Positions 1 through 13,782 of a DNA stretch of 64,000 bases are shown piece after piece. Location of the stretch: contig CM082582.2 of assembly GCA_040954595.2 (NCBI GenBank), positions 2,402,303 through 2,466,302 of the forward strand, given 5' to 3'. The notes beneath the pieces were generated by a model that saw only the letters and a program-made list of their open reading frames with translations, made no database searches and had not been told where the DNA came from. The position numbers and the translations under genes were made by a program. This DNA is from Balanoglossus misakiensis. Its lineage: Eukaryota > Animalia > Hemichordata. Within the stretch, counting starts at the first letter, position 1. Each line of letters opens with the position of its first letter.

Positions 1-1165
1 AGGCATTTTATACCCATGTTAAAGTGCAGAGCTTGCATCACTATCTACCCTGATGCATCATCAACCTTGCTTCGCCATTTACCCTGATGCAAAGAATCAG
101 ATTCAATGTCATCGCTGCATTAGCAATGTCAAAGTACAGTGTTTTTGGACACGTATTAACCCAGGGATTTACAGACAACTTTAAATCCCCCTGTAGGCAT
201 TTTATACCCATGTCAAAGTGAAGTGTTTGCATCACTATCTACCCTGATGCATCATAAAGCTTGCTACGCCATTTACCCTGATGCAAAGAATCAGATTCAA
301 TGTCATCATTGCATTAGCAATGTCAAAGTACAGTGCTTTTCGACACGTATTAACCCACAGATTTTTCAACAACCTGAAATCCCCATATGCATTTAATACC
401 CATGTCAAAGTGAAGTGTTTGCATTACTATCTACCCTGATGCATCATAAAGCTTGCTACGCCATTTACCCTGATGCAAACAATCAGATTCAATGTCATCG
501 TTGCATTAGCAATGTCAAAGTACAGTGCTTTTGGACACGTATTAACCCACAGATTTTTCAACAACCTGAAATCCCCATATGCATTTAATACCCATGTCAA
601 AGTGAAGTGTTTGCATTACTATCTACCCTGATGCATCATAAAGCTTGCTACGCCATTTACCCTGATGCAAAGAATCATATTCAATGTCATCGTTGCATTA
701 GCAATGTCAAAGTACAGTGATTTTGGACACGTATTAACCCACAGATTTTTCAACAACCTGAAATCCCCATATGCATTTAATACCCATGTCAAAGTGAAGT
801 GTTTGCATTACTATCTACCCTGATGCATCATAAAGCTTGCTACGCCATTTGCCCTGATGCAAAGAATCAGATTCAATGTCATCGTTCCATTAACAATGTC
901 AAAATAGAGTGCTTTTGGCCACGTATTAACCTATGGATTTACATTTAACATTAAATACCCATGTGAAAGTGCAGAGCTTGCATCACCATCTACTCTGATG
1001 CATCATTGAGCTTGCTTCGCCATTTGCCCCAATGCAAAGAATCCCATTCAATGTCATCGTTGCATTAGCAATGTCAAAGTACAGTGCTTTCCGCCACGTA
1101 TTAACCCAGGGATTTACTGACAACTTTAAATCCCCCTATACACATTTTATACCCATGTCAAAGTG
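1..1165. repeat. Tandem satellite, ~192-bp unit, ~6 copies, continuing off the left edge
   Basis: The motif TACCCATGT recurs at 11, 205, 397, 589, 781, 956 and 1150 with near-identical sequence between copies. Confidence 0.95.
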
Positions 1166-1203
1166 CCAGGGTTCGAACCCATGATCCTCTAACCACTGGA
1201 CTA
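1165..1203 (-). mobile_element. tRNA-derived SINE-like head fragment
   Basis: The minus strand reads TAGTCCAGTGGTTAG (A-box-like) followed by GGTTCGAACCC (B-box-like). It is too short to be a full tRNA. Confidence 0.35.
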
Positions 1204-3019
1204 TGACTATGTGACAGAATGACCTTTCTGTATGGTGCCTTGTTTAGCTCCTAGTCAGATTTCAAGAAAATGTGGAAAAGTGCAAATTAGTCTCTTTGAA
1301 TTTCCAACAACTCAGTTTGTCAGCTCCCATATCCCAGTTCTCTGACCAGTTCCCGTTCTTCTTAGATGTCACAATACTGATCACAAGACATGCAGTTGTA
1401 CACTTTGCGGAAAACATTATGAATATATGCAGATAAGAAAAGACTTACTTGTGGGCAATTTAAACACAACATTTTGAGTAAAGTGGGTAAAATAGGATTA
1501 AAGTTGGTTTATAAAGGCATATCGAAAAGAATCTACTTCAATTTGTTCATTTCTGAAATTTGAGAATATGAATATGCATGTTTTATTTGCCATATATGAA
1601 CACCAATGAAAAGTTATGTTTCCAGCTTAGGTATTGGTGGATTTGAACCACCTGACATCAGAAGACGCCTCCAGAATACCTCTAATTTGGTTGCATAATT
1701 TTCATGTGAATGTTCATAATATAGCGATTGATTAATCCCTAATTTTTTATTTTTATTTTGGGGGGGGGGGGGGGGGGGGGGGGGCTGGAGGGGGGTGGAG
1801 GTTCAAGTAGTAAATCTTGCAGGCCAATTTGAAACAATGTGTCATGTAGTTAACCTGAAAGAAATTAACACAAATAGTTTCTACTCTTTTTGAAACAAGG
1901 TGTCATGTGGTTGAACTGTGACAATGGGCCAGTCAAAATAGCATCTGCAAATTATGCACACAATAGAGTGATGGGTTAATGGGTTAAGTTTACTTTTACC
2001 TTAGCATTATATAACACACTATCGTGTACATAATCTCGCAGAGCTCTATCATAATTGTTTTCAAATAAAGCAAGATAACTACTTGTATGATTACATATCT
2101 AATTTACGCGCCTAAAGGGCAGTTAAAAACCTCAGACCAGTTACAAAAGAGGAAAAAAAACTGTCCTCTCCTCCTCTCACCCCATGATCTAAGCTAAATT
2201 TGGAATTTGGATGGGGTGGGGAGGTTTAGCTAACCTAACATGTTCTGCCTGTCTGTCGCGTACAATGTGTCCATGCGCGAATACGATCACGGGTACCGTT
2301 GCGAGAAATTCCACCGAATAACGATGCTGACGAGTATTATCTATCTGAGAAATAATAGCATGTTATTCATAAAACATACACATTAACCAATTAATGAACC
2401 AACATGATTATTAGACCCTGGACACTTATTTAATGTTATATCATTATTATACCTCTGTCATCATCATCAATATTAACACCCTTGTATACTTAATATCACC
2501 ATAAGCCATCACCGCAATTATTAATCGTTATTATACCCTTCCATGATTGTTACCTTTATTAAACCCGACACAGTTATCACCATTTATTATACCCTTCTCA
2601 TTCATATACCCATTATAACCTGTGTACACAAGTCATCATCATATTATAAACCCATTATTATACCTTTTATACCAGTCACATTTGTTACCCTATTATCATT
2701 CCCTTCATCCAAAAAACCACTGTTACCCCTGTATAACCTGTGTACACTCAAATTTTACCATAAGCCATCATCACATTTGTAACCCTTTTATTAAACCATT
2801 CATATTTGTTCGCCTTTATTATACCATACACATTTATGAACCTATTATCATACCCTGCACAAAGCCATTGCTGTTAACCTCATTTTAGCATAAGTAATCA
2901 CTACCAATTATTAACCTGATTTATTGGACTATTAAGTTTTATATTACGATCACTTCGTTTTGTACTCCTATATAACTCTACCTCATAATTTCGGTCAATA
3001 GGTTTATTATGTTGAAACT

Positions 3020-3615
3020 CCACTTCTCCATCCTTCCACATCTCCATCCTTTAAGTTGACGCTCCACGGCACCATCCATCCACCAAAGTTTATATTTCAG
3101 CAGGTTGACTATGGTTGACGCCCCGCACCATCCATCCATCAAAGTTTAATATTAGTAGGTTGACTATGATTGACACTCCGCTCCATCCATCCATCCATCA
3201 AATTTTACGTTAGTAGGTTGATTATGGTGTTACCAGTGAGCCCTACAGGAAAAAAAAGAGAAAAAAGAGAAAAAAAAACTCTTCTTCTCCATCCTTCCAC
3301 TTCTCCATCGTTTAAGTTGACGCTCCATGGCACTATCCATCCATCAAAGTTTATATTTCAGCAGGTTGACTATGGTTGACGCTCCGCCCCATCCATCCAT
3401 CAAAGTTTATATTTAGTAGGTTGACTATGGTTGACGCTCCGTTCCATCCATCCATCAAAGTTTAATATTAGTAGGTTGACTATGGTTGACGCTCTGCTCC
3501 ATCCATCCATCAAAGTTTATATTAGTAGGTTGACTATGGTTGACACTCTGCTCCACCCATCCATCAAATTTTACGTTAGTAGGTTGATTATGGTGTTACC
3601 ATTGGGGCCTACAGG
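3020..3615. repeat. ~55-bp minisatellite arranged as two larger duplicated blocks
   Basis: Units of GTTGACGCTCC...CCATCCATCCATCAAAGTTTATATTAGTAGGTTGACTATG start at about 3055, 3114, 3170, 3316, 3375, 3430, 3485 and 3539. Confidence 0.9.
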
Positions 3616-6600
3616 GGAAAAAAGAAGAGAAGAGAGAAAAAAGAAAGAAAGAAAGGAAGAGAGAGAGAAGAAGAAGAGTACCGGTGGGACCTACAGAAGA
3701 AAAAAGAATGAAAGAATTAAATACATGAAATCAATGATAATTAAAGCTGCAAGCAGCGGTGGTGGGGCACAAACGGTTCCCATGGTAACCAGCGAATCCC
3801 AAAGCTGTATCTGCTGTGGATACCAAGATATGGGAAAGTAGGTCAAAGGTCACCTGAGTTCACCCAAATTTGGGCGAAACATTTTGACACCATACTTGTC
3901 CATGACCAACAAAAACCAAACCTCTAGCCCTATTGGTTAGCCTGGAATTAGATATGTGCATAATTAATGAGGTAACATAAAAGACCCCAAAAGGTGTTCA
4001 ATCCCTCCAGAAGCCAAGGCTCTATCCTGTCTGGATGCCGAGATATAGGGAAGGTCAAAGGTCACCTGAGGTCACCAAAATTTGAGCAAAATTTTGACAC
4101 CACATATGTCCTTATACAACAAAAACCAAACATCTAGCCCTGTTGGTTAGCTTGGAATAAGATATGCACATAATTAATGAGGTATTGTGTAAGACTCTAT
4201 TAGGTGGTCAATCCCCCCATAGCCAGGGCTGTAACTGCTCTGGAAGCTGAGATATGGGAAAGTAGGTCAAAGGTCACCCAAAATTTGGGCATAAAAGTTT
4301 GACCCCATAGTGGGCCATGTCCAACAAAAACCAGACCTGGAGCCCTATTGGTTAGCCTGGATTTAGATATGCAGAAAAATGATGTTTCAGAAATAGGTCA
4401 AAGGTCATTGCCAAAATATTTGTGTCATGTCCTGACAGCATTGGTACCCATGTCCACAAAATTCATGACTGTAGTGCTTTTACAAGAGGAGGTATGGGGA
4501 ATATGCATATATAATTAGTTGGTTTAAAACTGGGTCAAAGGTCATGTGAAAATTGCCCCCCAAAATTGTGACAAGTTCCGGTCATATGATGACTTATATC
4601 CACAAAAATAATTTCCTTGGTGTCAACATTTTGGCTATAGAACGGAATTTACATTTTTCAATGGTTTTCAGGAAATCCAATATGGCCGCCATAATGATCG
4701 ACCAATCACAGTGCACTTCGCAAACTTGAAAGACATAGGTTAGGTGACTGCATACCCCGAATCCCATAACTCGGCGATCACTGCTTCTGGAGAAGAAGAT
4801 TTTAAAAGTTTTAAGTAGTTTTTCAGAAAAAAAATTGTAGCAAAAAAACTTTATATTTGACATCATGATTTCAATGGGGTAAAATGATGGACAGAAGGTA
4901 GGCTACCTGCACACAAAATTTGAACTCGATTGGCCCAGTAGTTTTTGAGAAGGAGTCATTTAACGGTTTTCGGAAAATCTAATATGGCCGCCAGGTCACG
5001 TGACTAATTAAATATTCACGGCCACTCTAGGTCTACTCATTGGCCCCTATCACCCTACCAAGTTTCAGCCCTGTAGGTGCTGCGGTTTTCCAGATCTACC
5101 TCGCCTGGCTTGTGCCCCTTATGATAGCATTAATGTTGCAAGCCAGCCCAACCCAACAAACTGAGGGTCAAGGGGTACATATGGTCAATTAATAAAAAAA
5201 AATAAGGTGCGACCAACATTGGCTAGGTCTAAGCAGTTCCTATGGATACCAGAGAGTGCCAATGCTATATCTGCTATGTTTATAGGAAAGTTGATCAAAG
5301 GTCACCAAGAGCTCACCCAAAATTGTCAACAAATTTTTCTTCCAAAATGATCAGTGTAAAATGAAAAACAAGACTTCTGGCTCTATTAGTTAACCTGGTT
5401 ATTAGGTGTTCCAGCCTTCAAAATTGTAAGACGTTATCTGCTGTGCATGCCAAGGCATGGAAAAATAGGTCCATCAAAAATGTCCAAAACCAAAGCCATC
5501 AAAAATGTCAGAAAAAATTTTGATTGCATAGTGGTCTATGTTCAAGGAAACCCAGACTCAAAGCTTCATTGTCTAGTCTACAATTACGTAAGCACATATT
5601 TATAAGATTATCATTGGTCAAGAAATTCAGCAAAAAAATTAAGTCCAAAAGTAGAGCATGTTCATAAAAAATTCAACCTGTAACAATATGGGTAAGCTCA
5701 GCATTAGATATGCACATATTTAATAAGGTCAACATTGGTCCAGTGGATTCCAAATGTAACAAAAATACCTAAGTCCCATACTTGTCCATATACATCAAAA
5801 ACCAAACCTCTAGTGCTACTAGTCTTGCCGCAATAAGATTTTCAGAAAAGAATACAGGTGCCAAATGTAGAACGAAGTTCAATGCCAAAATATGTCCTGG
5901 CAGCAGTAATGTGACAAAAATCATCACTGTTGTGCTTTTCAACAAGAGGCACATCCACGAATAATTAAGTTCTGAAAAAAACTAGATCAAAATACATGCG
6001 AAAATTGCCAAAAAAAATGCAATGTATTCTGGTCATATGAAGACTCGTATCTATAAAAAGAATTGGTGTGCAATCAATGAGTAACCCAGAAAAAGGAAAT
6101 TTTAGTTTTTAATCAGAATTCATAAAATCCGATTTGGCTTCAATAAGCTTTAATTAAGTTCTGAAAGATCTGGATCAAAGAACAAATGAAAGTTGCCAAA
6201 AATTTGTATTATTAGGTGTTGAAAAAGGTTGGATCAAAGGACATGTGAAAGTTGCCAAAAAATTGTAACATATTCTAGTCGTATGGTGACTCATATCCAT
6301 TAAAGGAATTTGTATGCAATCAATGCATAGGCTAAAAATAGGAAAATTTAGTTCTTAATCGGAGTTTAGAAAATCTAATTTGGCTCCAATGAGATTTAAC
6401 CAATCAAAATTCACTTGAAAACTTGATTAGATAAAAAAATGACAATTATAATGAGATTTTCAAAAATCCAATAAGGCATCAAAAGTCACATGACCACTAA
6501 TGATATTATTGTCAAACTTTGAACCGGACAGTCAATTAGTAATTGATTTGCCCTGCAGTTTTGAAAAAATATGTCAACTTGTAGAAATTATCAGAAAATC

Positions 6601-9600
6601 CAATATGGCCGTCATGAAGAAGACAATTAAACTTACAAGCAGCATTGCAGGGGCTAAACTGGTTAGCATGGTTTCAAAAGAAAGCAAAGGCTGTATCTGT
6701 TGTGGATGCCAAGAAATGGTAAAGTACTTCATTAGGTGTTCCAGTCCTCTAAATTTGAAACATGCATCTGCTGTGCATGCCAGGTTATGGGAACGTAGAT
6801 CAAAGGTCATTGCCAAAATTATCAAAAAATAAGGTTATGTTCCGGCAGCAGCAGTACTCATGTAAACAAAATCATGACTGTTGTGCTTTTTAACAAGAAT
6901 CGTATCCACATACAATTAAGTTCAGAAAACACTGGATCAAAGGACATGTGTAGTTGTCAAAATTTTGTATAATCAAGTTCTGAGAAAACTGGATCAAAAA
7001 CATGTATTCTGGTCATATGGCGACTCGTATCCATACAAAAGTTTTATCCAATAAGGTTGAACCAATCACAATTCACTTGAAAACTTAAGTAGAAAAAGAT
7101 TTTTGACATTTTTAATGAGATTTTTCAAAAATCCATAATAAATCCAAAGTCACATGACCACTAACATTATTATTGAAAAAATTGGAACCGCACAGTAAAT
7201 TAGAACTTTATTGGCCTTGTAATTTTTGAAAAGAGTCAACTTTTAAAGGTTATCAGAAAATCCAATATGGCTGCCATGACGAAGACAAAGCTAAAAGCAG
7301 CATTGGAGGGACGAATGTGATTAGCATGGTTCCAACAGAAAGCAAAGGCTGTATCTGTAGCAGATGCCGAGAAATGGTAAAGTAAGCCAGAGGTCATGCA
7401 AAATTGTGCTAACAAAATTTGATATCAAACTGATCAGTGTCCAACAAAATCCAGACTTCTAAGCTATATTGGTTAACTTGAAATTGCTTATATGGGTCCA
7501 ATTAGTTTTAACCAATCACAATTTACTTGAAAACTTGATTAGAAATAGATTTTTGATTTGTTTTATGATATTTTTCAAAAATCCAATTATGCATCCAAAG
7601 CCACATGACCACTACTGATACTATTATTGTCAAACATTGAACCGCACAGTAAATTAGAACTTGATTGGCCCTGTATTTTTTGAAAAAAAAATGTCAAGTT
7701 TTAAAGGTTATCCGAAAATCCAATATGGCCACCATGAAGAAGACAATTAATACTAAAAGCAGCATTGGAGGGACCAAAGCGGTTAGCATGGTTCGAACAG
7801 AAAGCAAAGGCTGTATCTGTTATGGATGCTGAGAAATGGTAAGTAAGCGAGAGGTCACGCAAATTTGGGCCAACAAATTTCGATATCAAACTGAGCTGTG
7901 TCCAACAGAAAACAGACTTCTCAGTTTATTGGTTAACTTGAAATTGCTTATGTACATAATTATTGTGTTAAAGTTTAATACTTCATTAGGTGTTTCAGTC
8001 CTCTAAATATTTTGTTTATTTCCTGGCAGCAGAAAGCAAAGGCTGCATCTGTTATAGATGCAAAACTCCTGTGAACAAAATCATGACTGGTGTGCTTTTT
8101 GACAAGAAGCATATCCACGCACAATTAAGTTCTGGAAAAAATGGATCAAAGGACATTCGAAAATTGCCCAAAAATTGTAATATAATCTGGTCATGTGGTG
8201 ACTCATATCTATTAAAAGAATTTGGGTAGGCTAGAAATAGGATTTTTTTTAAATCGTGTGTTTAGAAAATCCGATTTGGCTTTAATTAGGATAAACCAAT
8301 CACAATTCACTTGAAAACGTGATTAGGAAAAGATTTGTGAAATTTTTCATGAGATTTTTCAAAAATCCAATATGGCAACCAAAGTGACATGACCACTAAT
8401 GATATTATTGTCAAACATTAAACCGCACAGTAAATTAGAACTTGATTTGCCTTGTAGTTGTTGAAAAGATGTAAATTTTTAAGTGTTATCATAATATCCA
8501 ATATGGCCGCCATTAAGAAGAAATGGGATGGGCCCAAGCATTTAGCATGGTTCCAACAGAAAGCAAAGGATGTTTTGTTAAAAAAATCATATGAAAACTT
8601 ATGTGTTCGAAAGAGCATACAGTGTGGTTTAACCGTGAGCGTCATTGGGCAAAATTTCTTTTTGGATTTTGGCGCTATATAAACTTTTTTGCTTGATTGA
8701 TTTGATTTGATTTTGTTGTGGATGCAAAGAAATGGTAAAGTAAGCCAGAGGTCACGCAAAATTGTGACACAAATTTTTGATCTTAAACTGATCAGTGTCA
8801 AACAAAAAACCAGATTTCTAAGCTCTATTGGTTAACTTGAAATAGATTATGTACAAAATTATTGTGTAAAAGTTTAATACTTTATTGGGTGTTGCAGTCC
8901 ACCAAATTTGAAGGCTGTATCTGCTGTACATGCCAAGGCATGGGATAGTAGATCAAAGGTCATTGCCAAAATTATCAAAAGATTTGGGTTATGTCCTGGC
9001 AGCAGTAGTACTCATGTGAACAAAATCATGACTGTTGTGCTTTTTAACAAGAGGCATATCCACATAAAATAAGTTCTGGAATTACTGGATCAAAGAACAT
9101 GTGGAAGTAGTCTAATAATTATGATATATTCTGGTCCTATGGTGACTCGTATCCATAAAAAGAATTTGTGTGGTTTCAATGAGCACGCTAGAAATAGGAA
9201 ATTTTAGTCTTTTATCGGAGATCAGAAAATCCAATTTGGCTCCAATAAGGTTTACCCAATCACATTTTACTTGAAAACTTGATTAGAAATAAATGTTTTG
9301 AAACTTTTTTATTCTATTTTTCAAAAATCCAAAGCCACATGACCACTAACGATATTATTGTCAAACATTGAACCACACAGTCAATTTGAACTTGATTGGC
9401 CCTGTAGTTTTTGAAAAAAATGTCACCTTTTAAAGGTTAACCGAAAATCCAATATGGCCGCCATGAACAAGACAATTACAACTAAAAGCAGCATTGGAGG
9501 GACCAAAGTGGTTAGCATGGTTCCAACAGAAAGCAAAGGCTGTATCTGTTATTGATGCTGAGAAATTGTAAGTAAGCCAGAGGTCACGCAAATTTGGGCC

Positions 9601-11340
9601 AACAAATTTTGATATCAAACTGAGCTGTGTCCAACAGAAAACAGACTTCTAAGCTCTATTGGTTAACTTGAAATAGCTTATGTACATAATTATTGTGTTA
9701 AAGTTTAATTCTTCATAAGGTGTTCCAGTCCACCAAATTTGAAGGCTGTATCTGCTGTACATGCCAAGGCATGGGATAGTAGATCAAAGGTCATTGCCAA
9801 AATTATCTAAAAGATTTGGGTTATGTCCTGGCAGCAGTAGTACTCATGTGAACAAAATCATGACAGATGTGCTTTTTAACAAAAGGCATATCCACATAAA
9901 ATAAGTTCTGGAATTACTGGATCAAAGGACATGCGAGAGTCGCAAACAAGTTGTTCAATCAAGTTTTGTAAAAATTTGATCAAAGAACATCTGAAAGTAG
10001 TCTAATAATTTTGATATATTCTGGTCCTATGGTGACTCATATCCATAAAAAGAATTTGTATGGTTTCAAGGAGCACGCTAGAAATAGGAAATTTTAGTCT
10101 TTTATCGGAGATCAGAAAATCCAATTTGGCTCCAATAAGGTTTACCCAATCACAATTTACTTGAAAAGTTGATTAGAAATAGATTTTTTGAATTTTTTTA
10201 ATGATATTTTTCAAAAATCCAAAGCCACATGACCACTAATGATATTATTGTCAAACATTGAACCGCACAGTCAATAAGAACACCAAATTTGAAGGCTGTA
10301 TCTGCTGTACATGCCAAGGCATGGGATAGTAGATCAAAGGTCATTGCCAAAATTATCAAAAGATTTGGGTTATGTCCTGGCAGCAGTAGTACTCATGTGA
10401 ACAAAATCATGACTGTTGGGCTTTTTAACAAGATGCATATCTATGTATAATTTACTTCTTATAAAATAATGTAAAGGACACTGTGGTGCCCTTTGGGGAT
10501 TACTCAGAAATTAGGTATTCACCAGAATTAAATTCAGGGGCGACATTGGCAAGCATATATGGCATTAATATTTAAATACTATGGAAACATAAAAAAATTA
10601 ACTATGCCAAATAAAGTGTTATGTGTCACAGCAATCTTACAAGCTACACTAAAAAACAACAACTGATTTTTGTCCAAAAACTGTCTGTAAAAATACATGC
10701 GAGTATGACAAATTAATTAGTCCAATCAGACAGAGGCATTCACTGACCTACCACCAGTTTATAATAAAATAGCTGGTGGTCCCTGTAACAGCTGGACCAT
10801 TAAAATTATATAAGGAAGATCAGTTAAAAATTTACTCCAAGATTGCCGTTTATTTTTCTGATAAAAATGTTTATACATCTTAGTAAGTTATAACAAAAAA
10901 ATTATCAAAATCGGTTCACCGGATTTCAGCGTACAAACGCATCAAATAATACTGAGATTCTCAAGTATCTTCACCATTTTTCAAAGAATTTTACCAAATT
11001 ATATAAAAATGTAAGATTCACAGAAGATTACTTCTTTCAGTTTTACAGGAGATCATCTAAACTTGTAAAAAAAATCTCTCTATTTTTTGCATGGCACCAT
11101 GGTAAAATATGAAAATTTGCAATGTTTGATGTTCCGTGTCTAAATCATGTTTGATCTAATTTTCACGAAATTTTCAGATTATATTACAATATATGTGCAG
11201 ATACAGATAGTGACTTATGTTTTTGATATCTGGATTATAATTTAAATTCACAGGCGCTCAAATATGGTAAACCTAGCATTTTACCATTGCAAATGGGCGG
11301 CCATATTGGGTTGACATTTCATTAGATGGCAATATTTGTT

Positions 11341-11920
11341 CAGGGATCTGCCCACGCTGGTCGGCGCCGGTCGCGCGCGACCGGCACTCTTCAGGCCGCA
11401 ACCAGGACAAAAAGGTCGTGACCATTGCTATTGTTCGCTGTGATACGCGCGTTTTGGCGTGAGAAATTTTCTTTTTCGGCGGAAATCAAACACATGGGAG
11501 GAGAGAGTCAAAAAAGAAACCCGCTAAACTGTCGATAACAAGGTCGCGCGCGTTCGACTGACCGTGTGCGGTACATCGGGTGCAGCCGGCTGGGTCCCGC
11601 GATCGCGCGCGACCACCCACTCTTGAGATCGACTCCAAAGTCGTTGTCACGGTCGGGATTGCTAATGGCCTCGATCGGTATAAAATTGTAGTCTTTGAAA
11701 CCCCCAAAATCGTCATCATTGTTGATGTCGCCGTCATGAAAATGTCCGGTGAAAAATTGCCTGTCTTCCGGGTTTACAAAGCAAAGGAAAGACGCATACT
11801 GTCAAAGGTCACGTAATTAGGTCAGGTCGATAACGCTTTACATCGAGCTCATGAATATTAATAATCTCATTAATATTCATGAGCGCGACCACCACTTCGT
11901 TTTGGCTCGGCAGAACCCTG
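11341..11920. mobile_element. Non-autonomous TIR element, hAT-like termini, 6-bp target site duplication
   Basis: TIRs are CAGGGATCTGCC / GGCAGAACCCTG, with TTTGTT on both sides. The empty site AATATTTGTTTATAC is present at about 18300. Confidence 0.88.
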
Positions 11921-13179
11921 TTTGTTTATACATTGCAATTTGCTGAAAATCAGTTCAATCACTGTAGTAAGTGGAAATATTTAAATTCTTGTGTATTTTA
12001 GCAATCATAAAGCTGATATTACTATCAAAAAAATGTTATACAGTTGCTTCTGGACAGCAAAAATTGCCATCATTCAAGTCAAAGTCTCAGATCGGCCCTT
12101 TTGCTTGCCTGTGTCGAGCAGATATCAAAAGTGGAGAAAGTTGGATAGTTTAATTTCTACATGTTACCTGTACTATCCTTGTAGACTATTAACATTAACA
12201 AGAATTTCATATTAAATTCTGGTATGATATGCATGGAAAGACTGGCTGGCTATAAATCATAAAAATGGACGCCGTTGCACCATACAGTTTTACTGCATAC
12301 ACACGTATTTTAAGCAAACTGTGCCTTTCATGTATTCCACTTTTCTCCCTTCCTTGCTGGCTTTCTCTGTTTTTTTTCTGACTGTGTCTTTATAAAATTA
12401 CTATTTTTTTTTTTTTTTTTTATTTTTATTTTTTTTTTGGTGGGGGGGGGGGGGGTAATTCAATTTCTGGCTCAAAAAATTGTACTAGAGCTGGTAAGGT
12501 TTCCTGAAAATTAATCCCTGTATCTTTAACGCAGGTGTGCAAGTTCATATAAAGTTCATTGGTTAAAGGAATATTATGAGCTGATAAATTTACTGAGCTC
12601 TTCTTTCCAGTTAGAAGCTCTGCTATATTAACAACTACTCTCAATGCTACTTCAATAATGTTGCCTGTGCAAATTGACAATCAAAATATCCATTAGTTAG
12701 ACAACATATTTGGTTGGGTAATTACAGAATAATAACTATAATTCCATGCATACTCTACCTAAACTCAAATTAGAATATATAACTAAAATTATAGTTATAC
12801 ACAGGTCTATAAAATGCTAAGAAAATGTAAAATCTAGGAAAGAACACCCATGGGCATTCAGCTCTTAGCAGATAACATCAGTCACTTTGAAGACATGTCA
12901 CTTCCCAGACTTTACTAAAAATACTTCCAACTCTGACGTTAAACGCATCTCCAAAAAATCCAATATGGCAACCATGAAGAAGACAATTAAAGCAACATGC
13001 TGCATTGGAGGGACCAAAGTGGTAAGCATGGTTCCAAAAGAAAGCAAAGGCTGTTTCTGTTGTGGATGCCAAGAAATGGTAAAGTAAGCCAGAGGTCATG
13101 CAAAATTGTGCTAACAAAATTTGATATCAAACTGATCAGTGTCCAACAAAAAACCAGACTTCTAAGCTCTATTGGTTAA

Positions 13180-13782
13180 AGCCACAGTATTTCTCGTAGG
13201 GGCAAAATTTTGTTTGAAACGGCATCTATAATTTCTAAAAGTAGATGATAATTGATACTGAATCGAACAGTCATCATCCCCAGCTCTGCTGATAAACTCA
13301 TACAATTTACAATATAACGAGTGAAGAATGACTTTCTGTCCGGACAGAAAGTCACGTGAGTCAGGCTAATGTTGACACACGTGACTAGTGCGCATGCGCA
13401 CTCAAATGTGAATCTATGCGGAAGACGTTTGGTCGCCCCAAATCAAGCGACTCAGCGAAGAAATGCGCACTAATTCGGCGAAATTTTGGGAAGATAACTT
13501 TATGGGAGAAATCAGTCGATGGAACCAGATCAAATCCGAAAATGGTCTGACCATCAAAATGTCAAAGTGGCACGTTTGCTGATCGACATGTACAACATTT
13601 CCGTTGTAAACAAACCCGCGCATCATTTCAAGTGTTACGGGCGATATTTTCGGCTTGCATGTAGCTACAATTGCCCAAACCTTTCTTACATCTTCATTAT
13701 ATAGTATTCCATGATGGATGTACTGGAAAAACGGGCCTTTTTCGATGATGAAAAATGGATGCACACGAGAAATACTGGGGCT
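13180..13782. mobile_element. Non-autonomous Kolobok-like element (TTAA target duplication, AG..CT termini)
   Basis: The ends read TTAA-AGCCACAGTATTTCTCGT ... ACGAGAAATACTGGGGCT-TTAA. The empty site GCTCTATTGGTTAACTTGAAATAG occurs in other macro-repeat modules, e.g. about 9655. Confidence 0.88.
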
